From NCBI GenBank assembly GCA_965644295.1, contig CBFFRP010000297.1:930001-994000 (forward strand): DNA of 64,000 bases. The letters run 5' to 3'. Numbering within the stretch: position 1 is the first letter of the stretch; the number at the start of each line of letters is the position of its first letter. Position numbers and translations under genes: made by a program. Shown in pieces: positions 25,843 to 39,600 of the stretch. The notes under the pieces were generated by a model. The model ran no database searches. It saw only the letters and a program-made list of their open reading frames with translations, and had not been told where the DNA came from. The stretch is from Paraphysomonas bandaiensis (taxonomy: Eukaryota; Protista; Chrysophyceae).

Positions 25843-28800
25843 CTTCCTCTCTACAAACGTGATCGCGGTAAACACAGAAAACAGTGGCTCCTCCTCTTAC
25901 ATATAAGACTAGACGTGACGAGAAGGATTGCACCCAGTGCGTCACACGTGGGATTGGCTTCGCTTCCTCAGCAACTACATAAGCTGCGACGTCGCCCCAG
26001 GGTGGCAACAGCCGCTCCCCCTCACATCTCCTTCATAACCCACTTCACACACTCGCTCATCACATCTCGCACACATAACAATACCTCACCCCACCGTCAT
26101 CGAACCACAGCGTCGACGTCTCCGCCAGATATTTCTGCGCCCCAGGCCCTAATTGCAAACTGCGTCTCCTCGAGACGATCCAGAACCTAGGTCTACGTCT
26201 CAACCCCGGCATCACCGGGTTGTCATTCAAAATCCCGTTACCCCTCGCAATCCTGCAAAACCCTACCCCTAAGGGCTAAACGAGCATTGACCTCGAAGGA
26301 TTTCTGTCCACGGATACCTCTCCATATACATTCAAAGAGTGGAAGTAGTCGCACCATATACTGTTTGCGATGACGCACACAAACAACTTTCGTAGCGTTA
26401 ATATATAGTAGTATACTAGTGTTTGTACTTGTTAGTTTATGGTAGGTATATATATATCTACCTTTGAATAGTCTGTTCATCTGCTAAGCTGGTGCTGACT
26501 CTTCAATGCCTATTTTTACTAATAAACAGACATTATATATACCTAAGAAATACGCCATCTACGATTCTAACAGGCACAGCAATAAGTCTATATGTTACTG
26601 TATTTCACTATTGTATTAATCACCAATGGTGTCTTATTATAAATCCTTCAACTACAGCATTCAATTGCTCAGCCAATAGAAAACTTAATATTTATCACGC
26701 ACAGAACCGATAATGATCTATGGCGCTCATTCTATATAAGAGGTAGGATGAATGCCATCTAGCTCCATGAGGAGCAAGATTACCGGAGGGGATCCACTTC
26801 CTATTATTGTAGTGAGAAATGAGCTACATAGTTTATGACCAAAAGCATAGACGAAAGGCAACTGGAGCGATCTGAATTAAAAATATTTTTGAATTTGTTT
26901 TGGAGATTAATTAACAGGAAGAAGTAGATGAGAAAACTATTATGGTACAAACATAATAACTATTATAGTACAAACATAATAGGAGCCTTCGTAGGCATAA
27001 ATAAGGTACAACACAACAATTGTAGTACGCACAACGAACAAATTACTGATAATAGATGACCATCTGCATACATTGAAAATTCACATCAACAGGTTAGATC
27101 CAAGAATAGCAAATACAGTACAGCGCACAGCACTCAACCACAGCTTCCTGAAAGGGAAGCGAAAGTCACAACCAAGTGCGCGCGCAGAAAAAACAAGGAA
27201 AATATAGAACAGCGATACAGTAGATATGTGCTGAAAGTTTCGACAATACTGGCAAACTGCAAATCATTTTACGACATGAGATATTATCGCGGTGGTGTTC
27301 CAGCTATAGAGTACGATTCAAACTCTGATTTAAGACACCAATACTTCAGATGGAACTTGAAATGTCATTTTCAAGGGGCGATCCTCGCACTTCATAACGT
27401 TTAAGTACTCTTGAAACTCAGCTCTGTGTGATACTTTACCCTTCAGACCTTTCTTAGACCCAATGGCAAGTACTATGTCACCAGCTCTCACACCACCAAC
27501 TTCCGCCTGCATATCGGGCAATACCGTTCCCACATGGATACATTTGGTACCCATATCGTACCGGAAAGTCATCCCCAAATGTCCCGAAGTAAAAGAAACA
27601 CTATGAGTACCATCCTCATTCACCGAAATACAGATATTATCTAATTCTGACTTCAATACATCCATTTCAGAATCAGAATTGTCAGAGATTGATCGCAGAC
27701 TCTCAGGCATGTCCGCATTCACGGCCCGCCTATCAGCTTTCGACGAAATCTTCCCTTCCAATCGATGTATAGCTTTCTTTCCAATTGCAGTCGACATCAC
27801 TGTCTTAAGACTCGGCGGAATTTTTCCGTTACGTCTTCGCTGAATATCCATTTCGGAGCCTAGATAAAAATTAAGCAAATACATGTAAATTGTGTGAGTA
27901 GAACACCTGTGGACTGAATAGTAACACTCACACCACCTCTAACGCCCTGAAACCACGGCAATCCATTTTCATCAAAACAAATATTGCTATTAGCTTCTAC
28001 CCGGCCAAATCGTACCTCGCCGCATTTCAATGGTAAATTAGGCCGCTTTAGTCTCACCTTTCCTTTTTCATTGACATACACATCAAAAGTTGAATCACAA
28101 TTCTGTAGGAGTGTTACATAGTCTTTTGGGTTATCCAACACTACAGATGCTTTTCCAACCTGATGCAACACGAAGACAAAAAGAATTCAAATCCATAGGG
28201 TTTTTGAAACGCAAGCATCAATTGCCTACCATGACTACTGGGACATAATAGTCACCAGATGTAGGATCCACGTCATCCTCCATGATATCGGGGAGAATTG
28301 AATACACAACAACGCCGCTTAGCTGATGTCTTTTAAAAGTAGCACTGGCCGAAAGTAAAGGACCAATTCCATCTCCATATATGCCAAAAACCCTCCCTGT
28401 ATAATAACTAAAACGACTACACTATATATAATGATAGTGTCCATGATACTAATTTCTACATGGCATAGAGAACAAAATTTGTTCGACATGAGTACATTGA
28501 GTTTAATACCTGGTGTACACCAACTCTGCATATTCTCTCTACATCTCGGACGAATGCTCATGTATTGTGCGCGATCACCACCCCGACGAGGCCGTTTACT
28601 TGAAGTTTCATTAGAGGGTTCGCCTTCGACTCCGGCCAGTCTCTCCTCAAAATTATCCAATCTTTTGCCATGTTCATCAACCGTTTGTTGAATACTTTCC
28701 ATTCGATTTGTAGTTTCTACGACACATTATCAACAAATCCAGAATCAACCTATACAAAAACACTTACTCAATGACATCATTGCGACCCAAGCGTCACTGA

Positions 28801-29680
28801 TTGAAGTTAAGGGTTTTATTTTTTTTGCGTCCTTCATAATGCTTCGAAAGTAATTTTCCAAGTCCTTGTAATTTTCGTCTGAAAAATCTTCAGTCCAAAA
28901 ATACTTCATGGCCTGCATAATTTTGTCGACTCGACCACTCTCTGAGATGCTTTGTCTGAAACGGCCGTTCGAAGAAGGAGAAAGATGAAACCAGGGAAAT
29001 ATAGCAAAGCACTCAATATGTCCTTCTTTAACAATGTATCGGCTCTTATCACTGTAACAAGGAAGGGTAAAAAGATCTTCCTTCAGTTTGTTTAGGTCAT
29101 CACAGTCCTTGAACTTGTTGTAAGGTGGAGTGTTTTTTCGTGTTTTAAGTTTCTCCATTGCCTTTTGTATTGCCTCATCGATATGAGGAGCAGACTTTGT
29201 ATCACTTCCTTCACTTACTGTTTGTGTATCATTCAATGAAGAAATCATTACACTGGTGTTATCGTCAGCACCGTCATGAGGGTCTTCATCGTCACCTGAC
29301 ATAACACGATCTGCAACTGAACCAGGAGATAGAGCGCCAATATCGAAATCAAGAAGGTCCATATCCATACCACACACTTCATCAGGGCATGCAATATCAT
29401 CCATACCGCCCGTTTCATCGTTATTATCACTGCAATCGCTGATTCTAAATGCTTATAGTCAGATGACAGATAGTCGGATGGTTGTCTGTGTATACCTCGC
29501 AAAATCCTCTACAAATTCAGCCATTAATTCGTCCGTATCGGTAGAGATGTCGTCACTCATGTCTGCAGAGTAGTTCGTTGTTGATATCTCCCTATCTCAG
29601 AATAATCAGATACTATACTATACCATACTATACTATAGTGCTGTGTCGTATAGTTAGATCTAGCTATGAGACACACACCG
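25843..29680 (-). repeat. Left arm of a large inverted segmental duplication (partner at 36665-39987)
   Basis: Identical or near-identical translated ORFs (MDDIACPDEV..., MLHQVGKASV...) and non-coding sequence recur in opposite orientation at 36.7-40.0 kb. Confidence 0.9.
27330..29560 (-). CDS. Multi-exon hypothetical protein with a C-terminal PDZ domain
   Basis: ATG at 29560 and a chain of ORFs separated by short introns. The last exon has GHLGMTF...VGTVLPDMQAEVGGVRAGDIVLAIG (PDZ). Confidence 0.75.
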
Positions 29681-29854
29681 CAGCACATACAACCAGCACA
29701 TAGCACTGGAAGCTACTGTATGTATGTATGTAAGCGTGTAGTATGTATGTGTGTATCCTGTAAAAGGATCGTAATTGGACAAAGTTTGGCAAAAAATGAA
29801 TCTATGTCCGTTTTATGCAGCACTTGGAATTCCTACACACATTCATGTAGGATT

Positions 29855-29985
29855 TATCGGGAATAAATTGAAGCAAAAATCTTCTATATTACTAAAGTAC
29901 AACTACGGCTGGAATACACATAATTGTTATCTCAATATTAGAGGCATCTTTGAACAAAAATATACAAAGGATGCCGACACCTACA
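29855..29985. repeat. Dispersed ~150-bp repeat, copy 2
   Basis: aactacggctggaatacacataattgttatctcaatattagaggcatctttgaacaaaaatatac. Confidence 0.8.
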
Positions 29986-30629
29986 CGTATATAAAAATGG
30001 GGTTTTTATGGAACTAAAAACTAAAGGGGGCCAGAATTTCGTGGGTGAGAATATGTCAACCAGACCAAAAAAAATTAGGATTTTTCGTTTTTTAAGAATA
30101 TACAGCTAACAACTTGGGATTTTTGGCTTGGTTGACTATTTCCCAGAGGCGATTTTGTTGAAAAAATCCTGATTTTAGGGAGTGAGGACATTGTTAGCAG
30201 TTTGGGTCCTGTCCTCATCATAGTATGCATATCCTCTACACTCTATACTGTATCTTAAACGATTACCATACACATGTATAAAGAAACTCATGCTATGCAT
30301 TCCTAGTATCATACAACTCGAAAATCCATGCCCCATTCCGAGAGCGTGTCCTAGGAAAGTGCAAGTGTTGATGAAACTAAGTAACGACTAGATTGTTTAT
30401 AAAATCTCAGCGTATTCTCTGTATGTCGGCGCCAAGCAAGCTCTAGCCGGATCTACATTATACTTGCTTAGCCGATATAGGACTACGAGTAACCTCGCGC
30501 ATTCTACGGGAGGAGGGCGCTCGGATAATGACTTGATAGGCCAATAATGAGTCATGCATGGTCACAACAAGCTTCGTAATTTTTATTAGGTGTTGGGAAG
30601 TTAAACATGGCTCTACTAGAATTTGTGAG

Positions 30630-30842
30630 AATTACATAATATATAAGTCATGCATAGCTATGAGAAATCCCACGTCATCCTAGCGAAGGTTAACACTGGT
30701 GGGGCGGCAACAGAATATGCCCGTGATCTATGCGGTCAGCTACGTTGGTACGGGTAGGCGGGCGGTAGAATTAGCGCAAACGCTTGATGTTATATGTGGT
30801 GTACCAGCGAGCCTACACTTTGGCCACGCCCTCGGAATGGGG
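30630..30842. repeat. Composite repeat: direct copy of 24705-24762 plus inverted copy of 25011-25041/25422-25527 without the MITE
   Basis: Shared strings tataagtcatgcatagctatgagaaatccc and gtgatctatgcggtcag...gtaccagcgagcctacactt. Confidence 0.8.
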
Positions 30843-32038
30843 CCGTATCTATTTTAAATATAACTTGTCACTCCCCCGTACAAAAGTTTCCGGGAAGTTT
30901 AAACGTTTACTGGTATAAATTTCTAAATTCTGTTAACACATTTGGCTTTAATGAATGGGCCTATAGTAGATAATCAACTATATTTACTTTGTATTTATTT
31001 TCTGTAGAACAATTAAAATGGAGTAATAATAATTATTCTCGGTTCTAAATTCGTAGTAGATATGCTATTACTTGCATGAACTGATATTATTGCGTGCACA
31101 AGAATATATCTTTACTACCGTGTGCGATATATCAGATAACACACGATCTAAACCTATTCTGCTCTCTTCAGTAAAGATATAAAGATTCACTTATCATGAC
31201 ATGATACACGAATTATAACTATTTAGTTTTCTTCAGTAAAAACACAGACACAAAGATTGATCACTACTACTAGCAATGGCATAAAGTTCACCACCTGTGC
31301 ATAAAGCTACGGTTTTTTTATTGTACCCCATATATATGGTGTGTTTGGTATATTTGCTGTCATTTAAATCCACAGCAACTTTATATGAGGGGTGTCAATA
31401 TTTGCAATACCCAATTCCATATCTATTTCCATGTATATCCATAATCCATCCATATAAATATCTATGTTCAAAAACAATTCCATATCCATGTATGTATGAT
31501 CATATCCATGTATATCTATATATTTGTTCATAAGTGGTCCAATCGAACAAATCAATCGTCCAAACGACAATCAACAACCTAAAAGTGACAACCGGTGGGG
31601 TGAATCATTGCCCAGTTGAACCAGTGGGCATATATTGTCAGAAACACTACCAAACTGTGAGTAATCTTTAAGGTAAATCGTTTGTTTATGATGAACCACA
31701 TGTCCATATACAAAAAACAGCAGATTTTGATGATAGATTTCATGATTTTCAGAAATTGATTCTGTATCTCATGGGTTTTCTAGATTTTAGTGTGAATTAT
31801 TAGGATTTTCAGTAGTAGATTTTGTATATGGGTCAATGAAGTACAGAGTATGTACAGCAGGTAAAGTGCCGCATGGAGATAACTTCGCGGCTCTCTAGCA
31901 GCATCAGCATCATGCATGATGTCCATCTAGATGCTACACAGCAGCATGTATATACATATACACACACTCCTCCATCTCATAATCATCTGCTGTATATACA
32001 CTCTATCAGCCTCATATACACTATGAATCAGTGTTGAT

Positions 32039-33316
32039 ATGTTGAATGTATCTGTCCTTAACGATGATGTGTTGCGTCTCATCGTCTCTATGATCCCACA
32101 CGCAGCTCTTCTTCCTGTGGTCATGACTAGTAAGAGACTTCACGATACAGTCTACACTGATAAGAGCAGAGAGAGACTTGAGTCACATGCATCTCACTAC
32201 TGTATGACCAACTCAATGGTCTCATGGGCTCTGGCTATGGGCTGCCCACACACACTGCTAATGAATACATGTGCACTATACGGCAGACTACAGCAAATGA
32301 TACACATATACACACATATATATACACATCCACTGGACCCTGTATACCAATGGGCTAAGAAATTGACTTGCCATGCTGCTATGGGTGGACACTTGGATGT
32401 TCTGAAGTGGCTTCGTTCACAGGACCCTCCATGCCCATGGAATGAAGATTGTTGCTGGGCAGCTGCAGAGGGTGGACACTTGGATGTTCTGAAGTGGCTT
32501 CGTTCACAGGACCCTCCATGCCCATGGAATGCCCGGATATGCTTGGCTGCCGCAAAGGGTGGGCACTTGGATGTTCTGAAATGGCTTCGTTCACAGGACC
32601 CGCCATGTCCATGGAATGCTCGGACATTTTTGGCAGCTTCAGAGGGTGGACACTTGGATGTTCTGAAGTGGCTTCGTTCACAAGACCCACCATGTTCATG
32701 GAATGAAGATAGTTACAGCGCGGCTGCAGAGGGTGGACACTTGGATGTTCTGAAGTGGCTTCGTTCACAGGACCCTCCATGCCCATGGAATGCCCGGATA
32801 TGCTTGGCTGCCGCAAAGGGTGGACACTTGGATGTTCTGAAGTGGCTTCGTTCACAGGACCCTCCATGTCCATGGAATGCACGGACATGTTTGGAAGCTT
32901 CAGAGGGTGGACACTTGGATGTTCTGAAGTGGCTTCGTTCACAAGACCCACCATGTCCATGGAATGAAGATAGTTACAGCGCGGCTGCAGAGGGTGGACA
33001 CTTGGATGTTCTGAAGTGGCTTCGTTCACAGGACCCTCCATGCCCATGGAATGGAGATTGTTGCAGCGCGGCTGCAAAGGGTGGACACTTGGATGTTCTG
33101 AAGTGGCTTCGTTCACAGGACCCTCCATGCCCATGGAATGGAGATTGTTGCAGTGCTGCTGCAAAGGGCGGGCACTTGGATGTTCTGAAGTGGCTTCGTT
33201 CACAGGATCCGCCATGCCCATGGTATGTTGATTGTTGCAGGGCTGCTGCAGAGGGTGGACACTTGGATGTTCTGAAGTGGCTTCGTTCACAGGGCCCCTC
33301 CATGCCCGTAGAATGA
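32039..33316 (+). CDS. F-box-like N-terminus plus 11 ankyrin-like 29-aa repeats (GHLDVLKWLR...CPW class)
   Basis: N-terminal LNDDVLRLIVSMIP...VVMTSKRL, followed by 87-bp tandem units. The last unit ends in a +1 frameshift. Confidence 0.85.
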   Translation: MLNVSVLNDDVLRLIVSMIPHAALLPVVMTSKRLHDTVYTDKSRERLESHASHYCMTNSMVSWALAMGCPHTLLMNTCALYGRLQQMIHIYTHIYTHPLDPVYQWAKKLTCHAAMGGHLDVLKWLRSQDPPCPWNEDCCWAAAEGGHLDVLKWLRSQDPPCPWNARICLAAAKGGHLDVLKWLRSQDPPCPWNARTFLAASEGGHLDVLKWLRSQDPPCSWNEDSYSAAAEGGHLDVLKWLRSQDPPCPWNARICLAAAKGGHLDVLKWLRSQDPPCPWNARTCLEASEGGHLDVLKWLRSQDPPCPWNEDSYSAAAEGGHLDVLKWLRSQDPPCPWNGDCCSAAAKGGHLDVLKWLRSQDPPCPWNGDCCSAAAKGGHLDVLKWLRSQDPPCPWYVDCCRAAAEGGHLDVLKWLRSQGPSMPVE

Positions 33317-36300
33317 ATGGGCTTGCTACTAATGTTGTCCCAGATGATTTATGCAGCTGATGTAGCTGGGAGGTGTTCATGTTCGTATGGAGGCAAGAAT
33401 CATTATAATCTCATGGTTTTCACGTGTATTGGGTAAACCATAGGCCATAGTCTTAGTTTGAGCCCTATCATTATATTGTCCTTATATTGAACCATATGCA
33501 ATAAACTTTTATAATATCCATGTATGATGTTAAATATTGATAACAAAACTATATTTAATTGGTCAAATTCACAGAGTGTTGCTCACTGCTCACGGTTTGT
33601 ATTGTATATATTGATTACCTGCTGGTCCATACAAGAAATGGGAACATCGAATTTTCTTTTATAATTCTATAACTCTTCGTTTTATCTATTAAGATTCTGT
33701 GATTTTAACACGACTTAGCCCATTAAATAGTGAACATTTCTTTATATTGCACTCTATGGTGACGATATCTGTGTCGCGAGATATGTGCATTGAAATATCA
33801 AGAGTGCTGTTTTTTAAGCAAGAAATCAGCTAGTTGATGAACTTTGAACGTCATACATGAAGATTATATTAAGCGTTAACTGATACAATCCTAATAAGCA
33901 TAGCACTATAGAGTATAGAGCATGCTGTTGGCTATCTGAATATATCCTCAGTTACTCTCATGGGTTCTTATTACTTCAGAAGTGGTCCCTTTATGAAACA
34001 CACTATATTTCGGCATATTTTTACCGTTTGGCCGCTATCGCCATTCAAGCCATATTGACATATAACACCCATGTCCATAAAGCAACTACATTGATATACC
34101 ATCTATGCATGTACTCTCTCTGCCAAAACTACATGTTAATGGGACACATGGAAGCATAAAGAATTCTTGCAACTTTACTCTGCAGAATGAGAAATCTCTC
34201 GACGAAACAAGTTTATTAGCCTGCTGTATATGCACACATCACATGTCTCATTTTGATTAGGTGACTACTACACCTTTTTACCATCATGTATATGAAGTAG
34301 ACATACAGAGATACATATAAACAGGTTCATTATAGATTATAGAGTATCTCGTAACACAACTTCTTTTGTAGCTGTACTTATAAACCACACTGGACTCCAA
34401 CACTATGGTCTACTACATTGTACAATGACTCAGCCATGTTGAGTAATAGTAACTTAAGTTACGCACATACACACACAACATGTGTTTGCTATGGATAGTA
34501 GTCCAAGTAAGATACGTATGTGTTGTATTCTGTGAAAGGAGTCGTGACAGGTCTTGCCATAAAGTGAGGTCCCTCCTCATCAGCGATAAACCCATTGATG
34601 GCCTTCAGGAAAGTAAACTAGAAACACAGCTGTGTGCGCTATCTTGAGAGCTTGAATGCAATGTGCTTGAACTGCCACTAACTTTCTACTTCCACCAGTG
34701 ATGCTCAGACATCCCTTGTCGAGTCAGATGTAGTGTGTAATGTGTGTTACCTGTAATCAATTATGTTACATGGATGAATGCGAACACCTAGTCAAATTCG
34801 TCATTGTTGAACTCAAGTTTACAACTTAGTTCTGACGAGGAGCTACTTACACTGACCATTATGTTGAATAGACAAGATGCATCCTAACAGCTTCGCGGTT
34901 TGAGTATCAAAAATACTGATTATTAAATTAAAGTAAAAGAAAATAGAATGCTGTGGTGAACGTGTGATATCAAAAACTTTCGTCATGATCAGATACTTCT
35001 TTAAAAACATGTGATTGCCATGTCTGTGTGTGATATCAAAAAAGTTTTCGTCATAATCATATATCCTCATAAAAAACATGTGACAACAGAGCACAGCATT
35101 TAATAAACTTGGAAATCCTATCAAAATTTGACGTCGCTGAGCGAGTACATCTTAATAGACTTAATTATTCTGAGCTACTGTCAGAATCGATGGCAGCCAA
35201 CTCAAACGTGTCGTTGAAGCTGAAATCATCACTAAGTTGTCGGCTGGGACGGCAAGATGAGCGCCTCGGATTTATTTCAGGTTTTACCTGAATAATGAGA
35301 ACATTAAGCTGCATACGCAAAAGCGCTCCTGTTCTATAAACTGTATTAGTGATATATGTAACTCTGTGTATAGGGCGTTACCTTGTTTCTACCGAACAGA
35401 AAGGTGGGCAATACCCATCGCGTATATCCCAGGCAGACGACAGAAACGACTCAAAACATGCTACATCTGGGTTGGATTTGAGAAACATTCCAAGCTGCAT
35501 TCCTCTTGTAGAGTATGGCGAGCCTAATAATGCATCGCCCTCCGGTGTAGAGTACACAATCACTCCATTTATTCCTGCTAGGGCGACGAGAATACCACGG
35601 AAACATACCCTCACCGCAGGGGCATATTCACTGGAATTATTTAATAACAGACCACTAAGGTCGTTCGATGCGGATTGTATAGTTTGTTCTTTGGCCATTG
35701 GAGACTTCATTATCACGAACATTTCAGACGGAAAAAGGGCAACCATGGTGTTTAAATAAGGGCGATCTTGGCAATCACATATCACATCAACTCAGTGCTT
35801 TCTAAACAGACAGCATCATATTAGACTTTGAAGTCGAATACAGTATGGAAACAGATATAGAATATTTATGTAATGCTTTAAGTTCTTTGTAATTGTGTGT
35901 TGTATGATATAATGATGCATTGTGTGTTGCAACACAGCAGTGCAGTGCATACAGCAAGCAGGCAGGAGTAGGTTGCAGTATCTTTTCTTGTGGTTGGTTT
36001 CATTCACTGAAATTTCTTGATAAAAATTTGGTTGGTTTTATAGAAGTGTATACCGGTATACAATGATGTAGTCACAGAGCCAGTGATATAGACATACTGC
36101 TGCTGGTACTGCTGTATGTTGGTCACCAAAAAACAGCATACATCTAAAAAGCCTGAATTTCTGTATAGCCCTCATATATAGAGTGTACAGCAGATATCTA
36201 TACACATATAGAGCGTATACAGCAGTACAATATTTTTTCACAAATGTCGAAAAAAGGTCGATTTTTTGGTCGGATTGACATATTCCAACAAACTGTGGGA

Positions 36301-36449
36301 ATAAGTCGATCCAGCAAAACAATCCAGGCTTTTTTGATGCATGTTGTTTTTTGACGAATATATTTCAGAGAAATAACGAATAAAGGTCGATTTTTTTGCT
36401 GGATCGACTTTGCCAAAAATTGTCCTATATTTTCGTTCTGTGTATATCC

Positions 36450-36605
36450 ACTCGTATCGGCGTCCTCTGTATATTTCTGCTGAAAGATGCCTCTAATATT
36501 GAGACAACAATTATCTGTATTTCCGCCGTAGTTGTAATACAGTAATATAGAAGATTTTTACATCAATATATTCCCGAAAAAATAAGATGCTGACTGCCAA
36601 TACGC
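36450..36605. repeat. Dispersed ~150-bp repeat, copy 3
   Basis: gatgcctctaatattgagacaacaattatctgtatttccgccgtagttgta (opposite orientation to copy 2). Confidence 0.8.
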
Positions 36606-36664
36606 TGTACATACATACAGCGTGACCTTGATAAGCAACATGCATTGGAGTGGTGTTTCTTACT

Positions 36665-39600
36665 GTGTGTGTGTCTCATAGCTAGATATAACTATACGAC
36701 ACAGCACTATAGTATAGTATGGTATAGTATAGTATCTGATTATTCTGAGATAGGGAGATATCAACAACGAACTACTCTGCAGACATGAGTGACGACATCT
36801 CTACCGATACGGATGAATTAATGGCTGAATTTGTAGAGGATTTTACGAGGTATACACAGACAACCATCCGACTATCTGTCATCTGACTATAAGCGTTTAG
36901 AATCAGCGATTGCAGTGATAATAACGATGAAACGGGCGGTATGGATGATATTGCATGCCCTGATGAAGTGTGTGGTATGGATATGGACCTTCTTGATTTC
37001 GATATTGGCGCTCTATCTCCTGGTTCAGTTGCAGATCGTGTTATGTCAGGTGACGATGAAGACCCTCATGACGGTGCTGACGATAACACCAGTGCAATGA
37101 TTTCTTCATTGAATGATACACAAACAGTAAGTGAAGGAAGTGATACAAAGTCTGCTCCTCATATCGATGAGGCAATACAAAAGGCAATGGAGAAACTTAA
37201 AACACGAAAAAACACTCCATCTTACAACAAGTTCAAGGACTGTGATGACCTAAAAAAACTGAAGGAAGATCTTTTTACCCTTCCTTGTTACAGTGATAAG
37301 AGCCGATACATTGTTAAAGAAGGACGGACATATTGAGTGCTTTGCTATATTTCCCTGGTTTCATCTTTCTCCTTCTTCGAACGGCCGTTTCAGACAAAGC
37401 ATCTCAGAGAGTGGTCGAGTCGACAAAATTATGCAGGCCATGAAGTATTTTTGGACTGAAAATTTTTCAGACGAAAATTACAAGGACTTGGATAATTACT
37501 TTCGAAGCATTATGAAGGACGCAAAAAAAAATAACACCCTTAACTTCAATCAGTGACGCTTGGGTCGCAATGATGTCATTGAGTAAGTGTTTTTGTATAG
37601 GTTGATTCTGGATTTGTTGATAATGTGTCGTAGAAACTACAAATCGAATGGAAAGTATTCAAGAAACGGTTGATGAGCATGGCAAAAGATTGGATAGTAC
37701 TGGCCGGATTCGAAGGCGACGCCTCTAATGAAACTTCAATTAAACGGCCTCTGGTGATCGCGCACAATACATGAGCATCCGTCCGAGATGTAGAGAGAAT
37801 ATGCAGAGTTTGTGTACACCAGGTATTAAACTCAATGTACTCATGTCGAACATATTTTTGTTCTCTATGCCATGTAGAAATCAGTATCATGGACACTATC
37901 ATTATATATAGTGTAGTCGTTTTAGTTATTATACAGGGAGGGTTTTTGGCATATATGGAGATGGAATTGGTCCTTTACTTTCGGCCAGTGCTACTTTTAA
38001 AAGACATCAGCTAAGCGGTGTTGTTGTGTATTCAATTCTCCCCGATATCATGGAGGATGACGTGGATCCTACATCTGGTGACTATTATGTCCCAGTAGTT
38101 ATGGTAGGCAAATGATGCTTGCGTTTAACCCTATGGATTTGAATTCTATTTGTTTTCGTGTTGCATCAGGTTGGAAAAGCATCTGTAGTGTTGGATAACC
38201 CAAAAGACTATGTAACACTCCTACAGAATTGTGATTCAACTTTTGATGTGTATGTCAATGAAAAAGGAAAGGTGAGACTAAAGCGGCCTAATTTACCATT
38301 GAAATGCGGCGAGGTACGATTTGGCCGGGTAGAAGCTAATAGCAATATTTGTTTTGATGAAAATGGATTGCCGTGGTTTCAGGGCGTTAGAGGTGGTGTG
38401 AGTGTTACTATTCAGTCCACAGGTGTTCTACTCACACAATTTACATGTATTTGCTTAATTTTTATCTAGGCTCCGAAATGGATATTCAGCGAAGATGTAA
38501 CGGAAAAATTCCGCCGAGTCTTAAGACAGTGATGTCGACTGCAATTGGAAAGAAAGCTATACATCGATTGGAAGGGAAGATTTCGTCGAAAGCTGATAGG
38601 CGGGCCGTGAATGCAGCTCATTTAGCCCAATCACACCGTGGGCATCTATAATAGGAAGTGAATCTCCACCGGTAATCTTGCTCCTCATGGAGCTAGATGG
38701 CATCCATCATCCATCCTACCTGCTATACAAAATGAGCGCCATAGATCATTATCAGTCCTGTGCATGATAAATATTGAGTTTTCTATTGGCTGATCAATTG
38801 AATGCTGTAGTTGAGAGATTTTAATAAAATACCATTGGTGAATGATATGTTCGATTTGATGCTCTGTATGCCACTAATATATTATATTGTGTGAGATGGT
38901 ATCTTAGACACAGTCATAGTGTATAATCACTGGATATAAGAACGACTAGGCGGAAGTAATTTGTTACTTTGACTAGATTATTTCACCAAAAATAGCGTGA
39001 CTAGGTAATTCAACTAATTTGACTAGGTTGAATAATATTTCCCATAGTTAAATACAGTAACATATACACTTATTGCTGTGTGCCTGTTAGAATCGCAGAC
39101 GGCGTATTTCTTAGATATATAAAATGTCTGTTTATTAGTAAAAATTGGCGTTTGAGAGTCAGTCCCAGCGTAGCAGCTAGATGAGCAGACTATTCAAAGC
39201 TAGATATGCATCTACCAGGATCTAACTAGTACAAACACTAGTATACTACTATATATTTTAACGCTACGAAAGTTGTTTGTGTGCGACATCGCAAACAGTA
39301 TGGTGCAACCATTCCCACTTTTGAATGTGTATGGAGAGGTATCAGTGGACAGGAATCCTTCGGGATCAATGCTCGTTTAGTCCTTTGGAGTAGGGTTCCG
39401 CAGGATTGCGAGGGGTAACGGGATTCTAAATGAGTACCGGTGAGCATTCACTGCATTAGATGCCGGGGTTGAGACGTAGTCTTAGGTTCTCGATAGTCTG
39501 GAGGAAACGCAGTTTGCGATTTGGACCTGGGGCGCAGAAATATCTGGCGGTTTGGTGACGTGGTGGTGAGATATTGTCATTCAATTCTCCCCGATATCAT

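Noticed and set aside
32379-33380. 333-aa antisense repeat ORF
   Set aside because: Shadow of the 87-bp repeat gene; a stop-free unit stays open when tandemly repeated.
35349-35785. Overlapping 135/136-aa ORFs on opposite strands
   Set aside because: No recognisable domain, and I could not build a consistent spliced model. A real exon here cannot be excluded.
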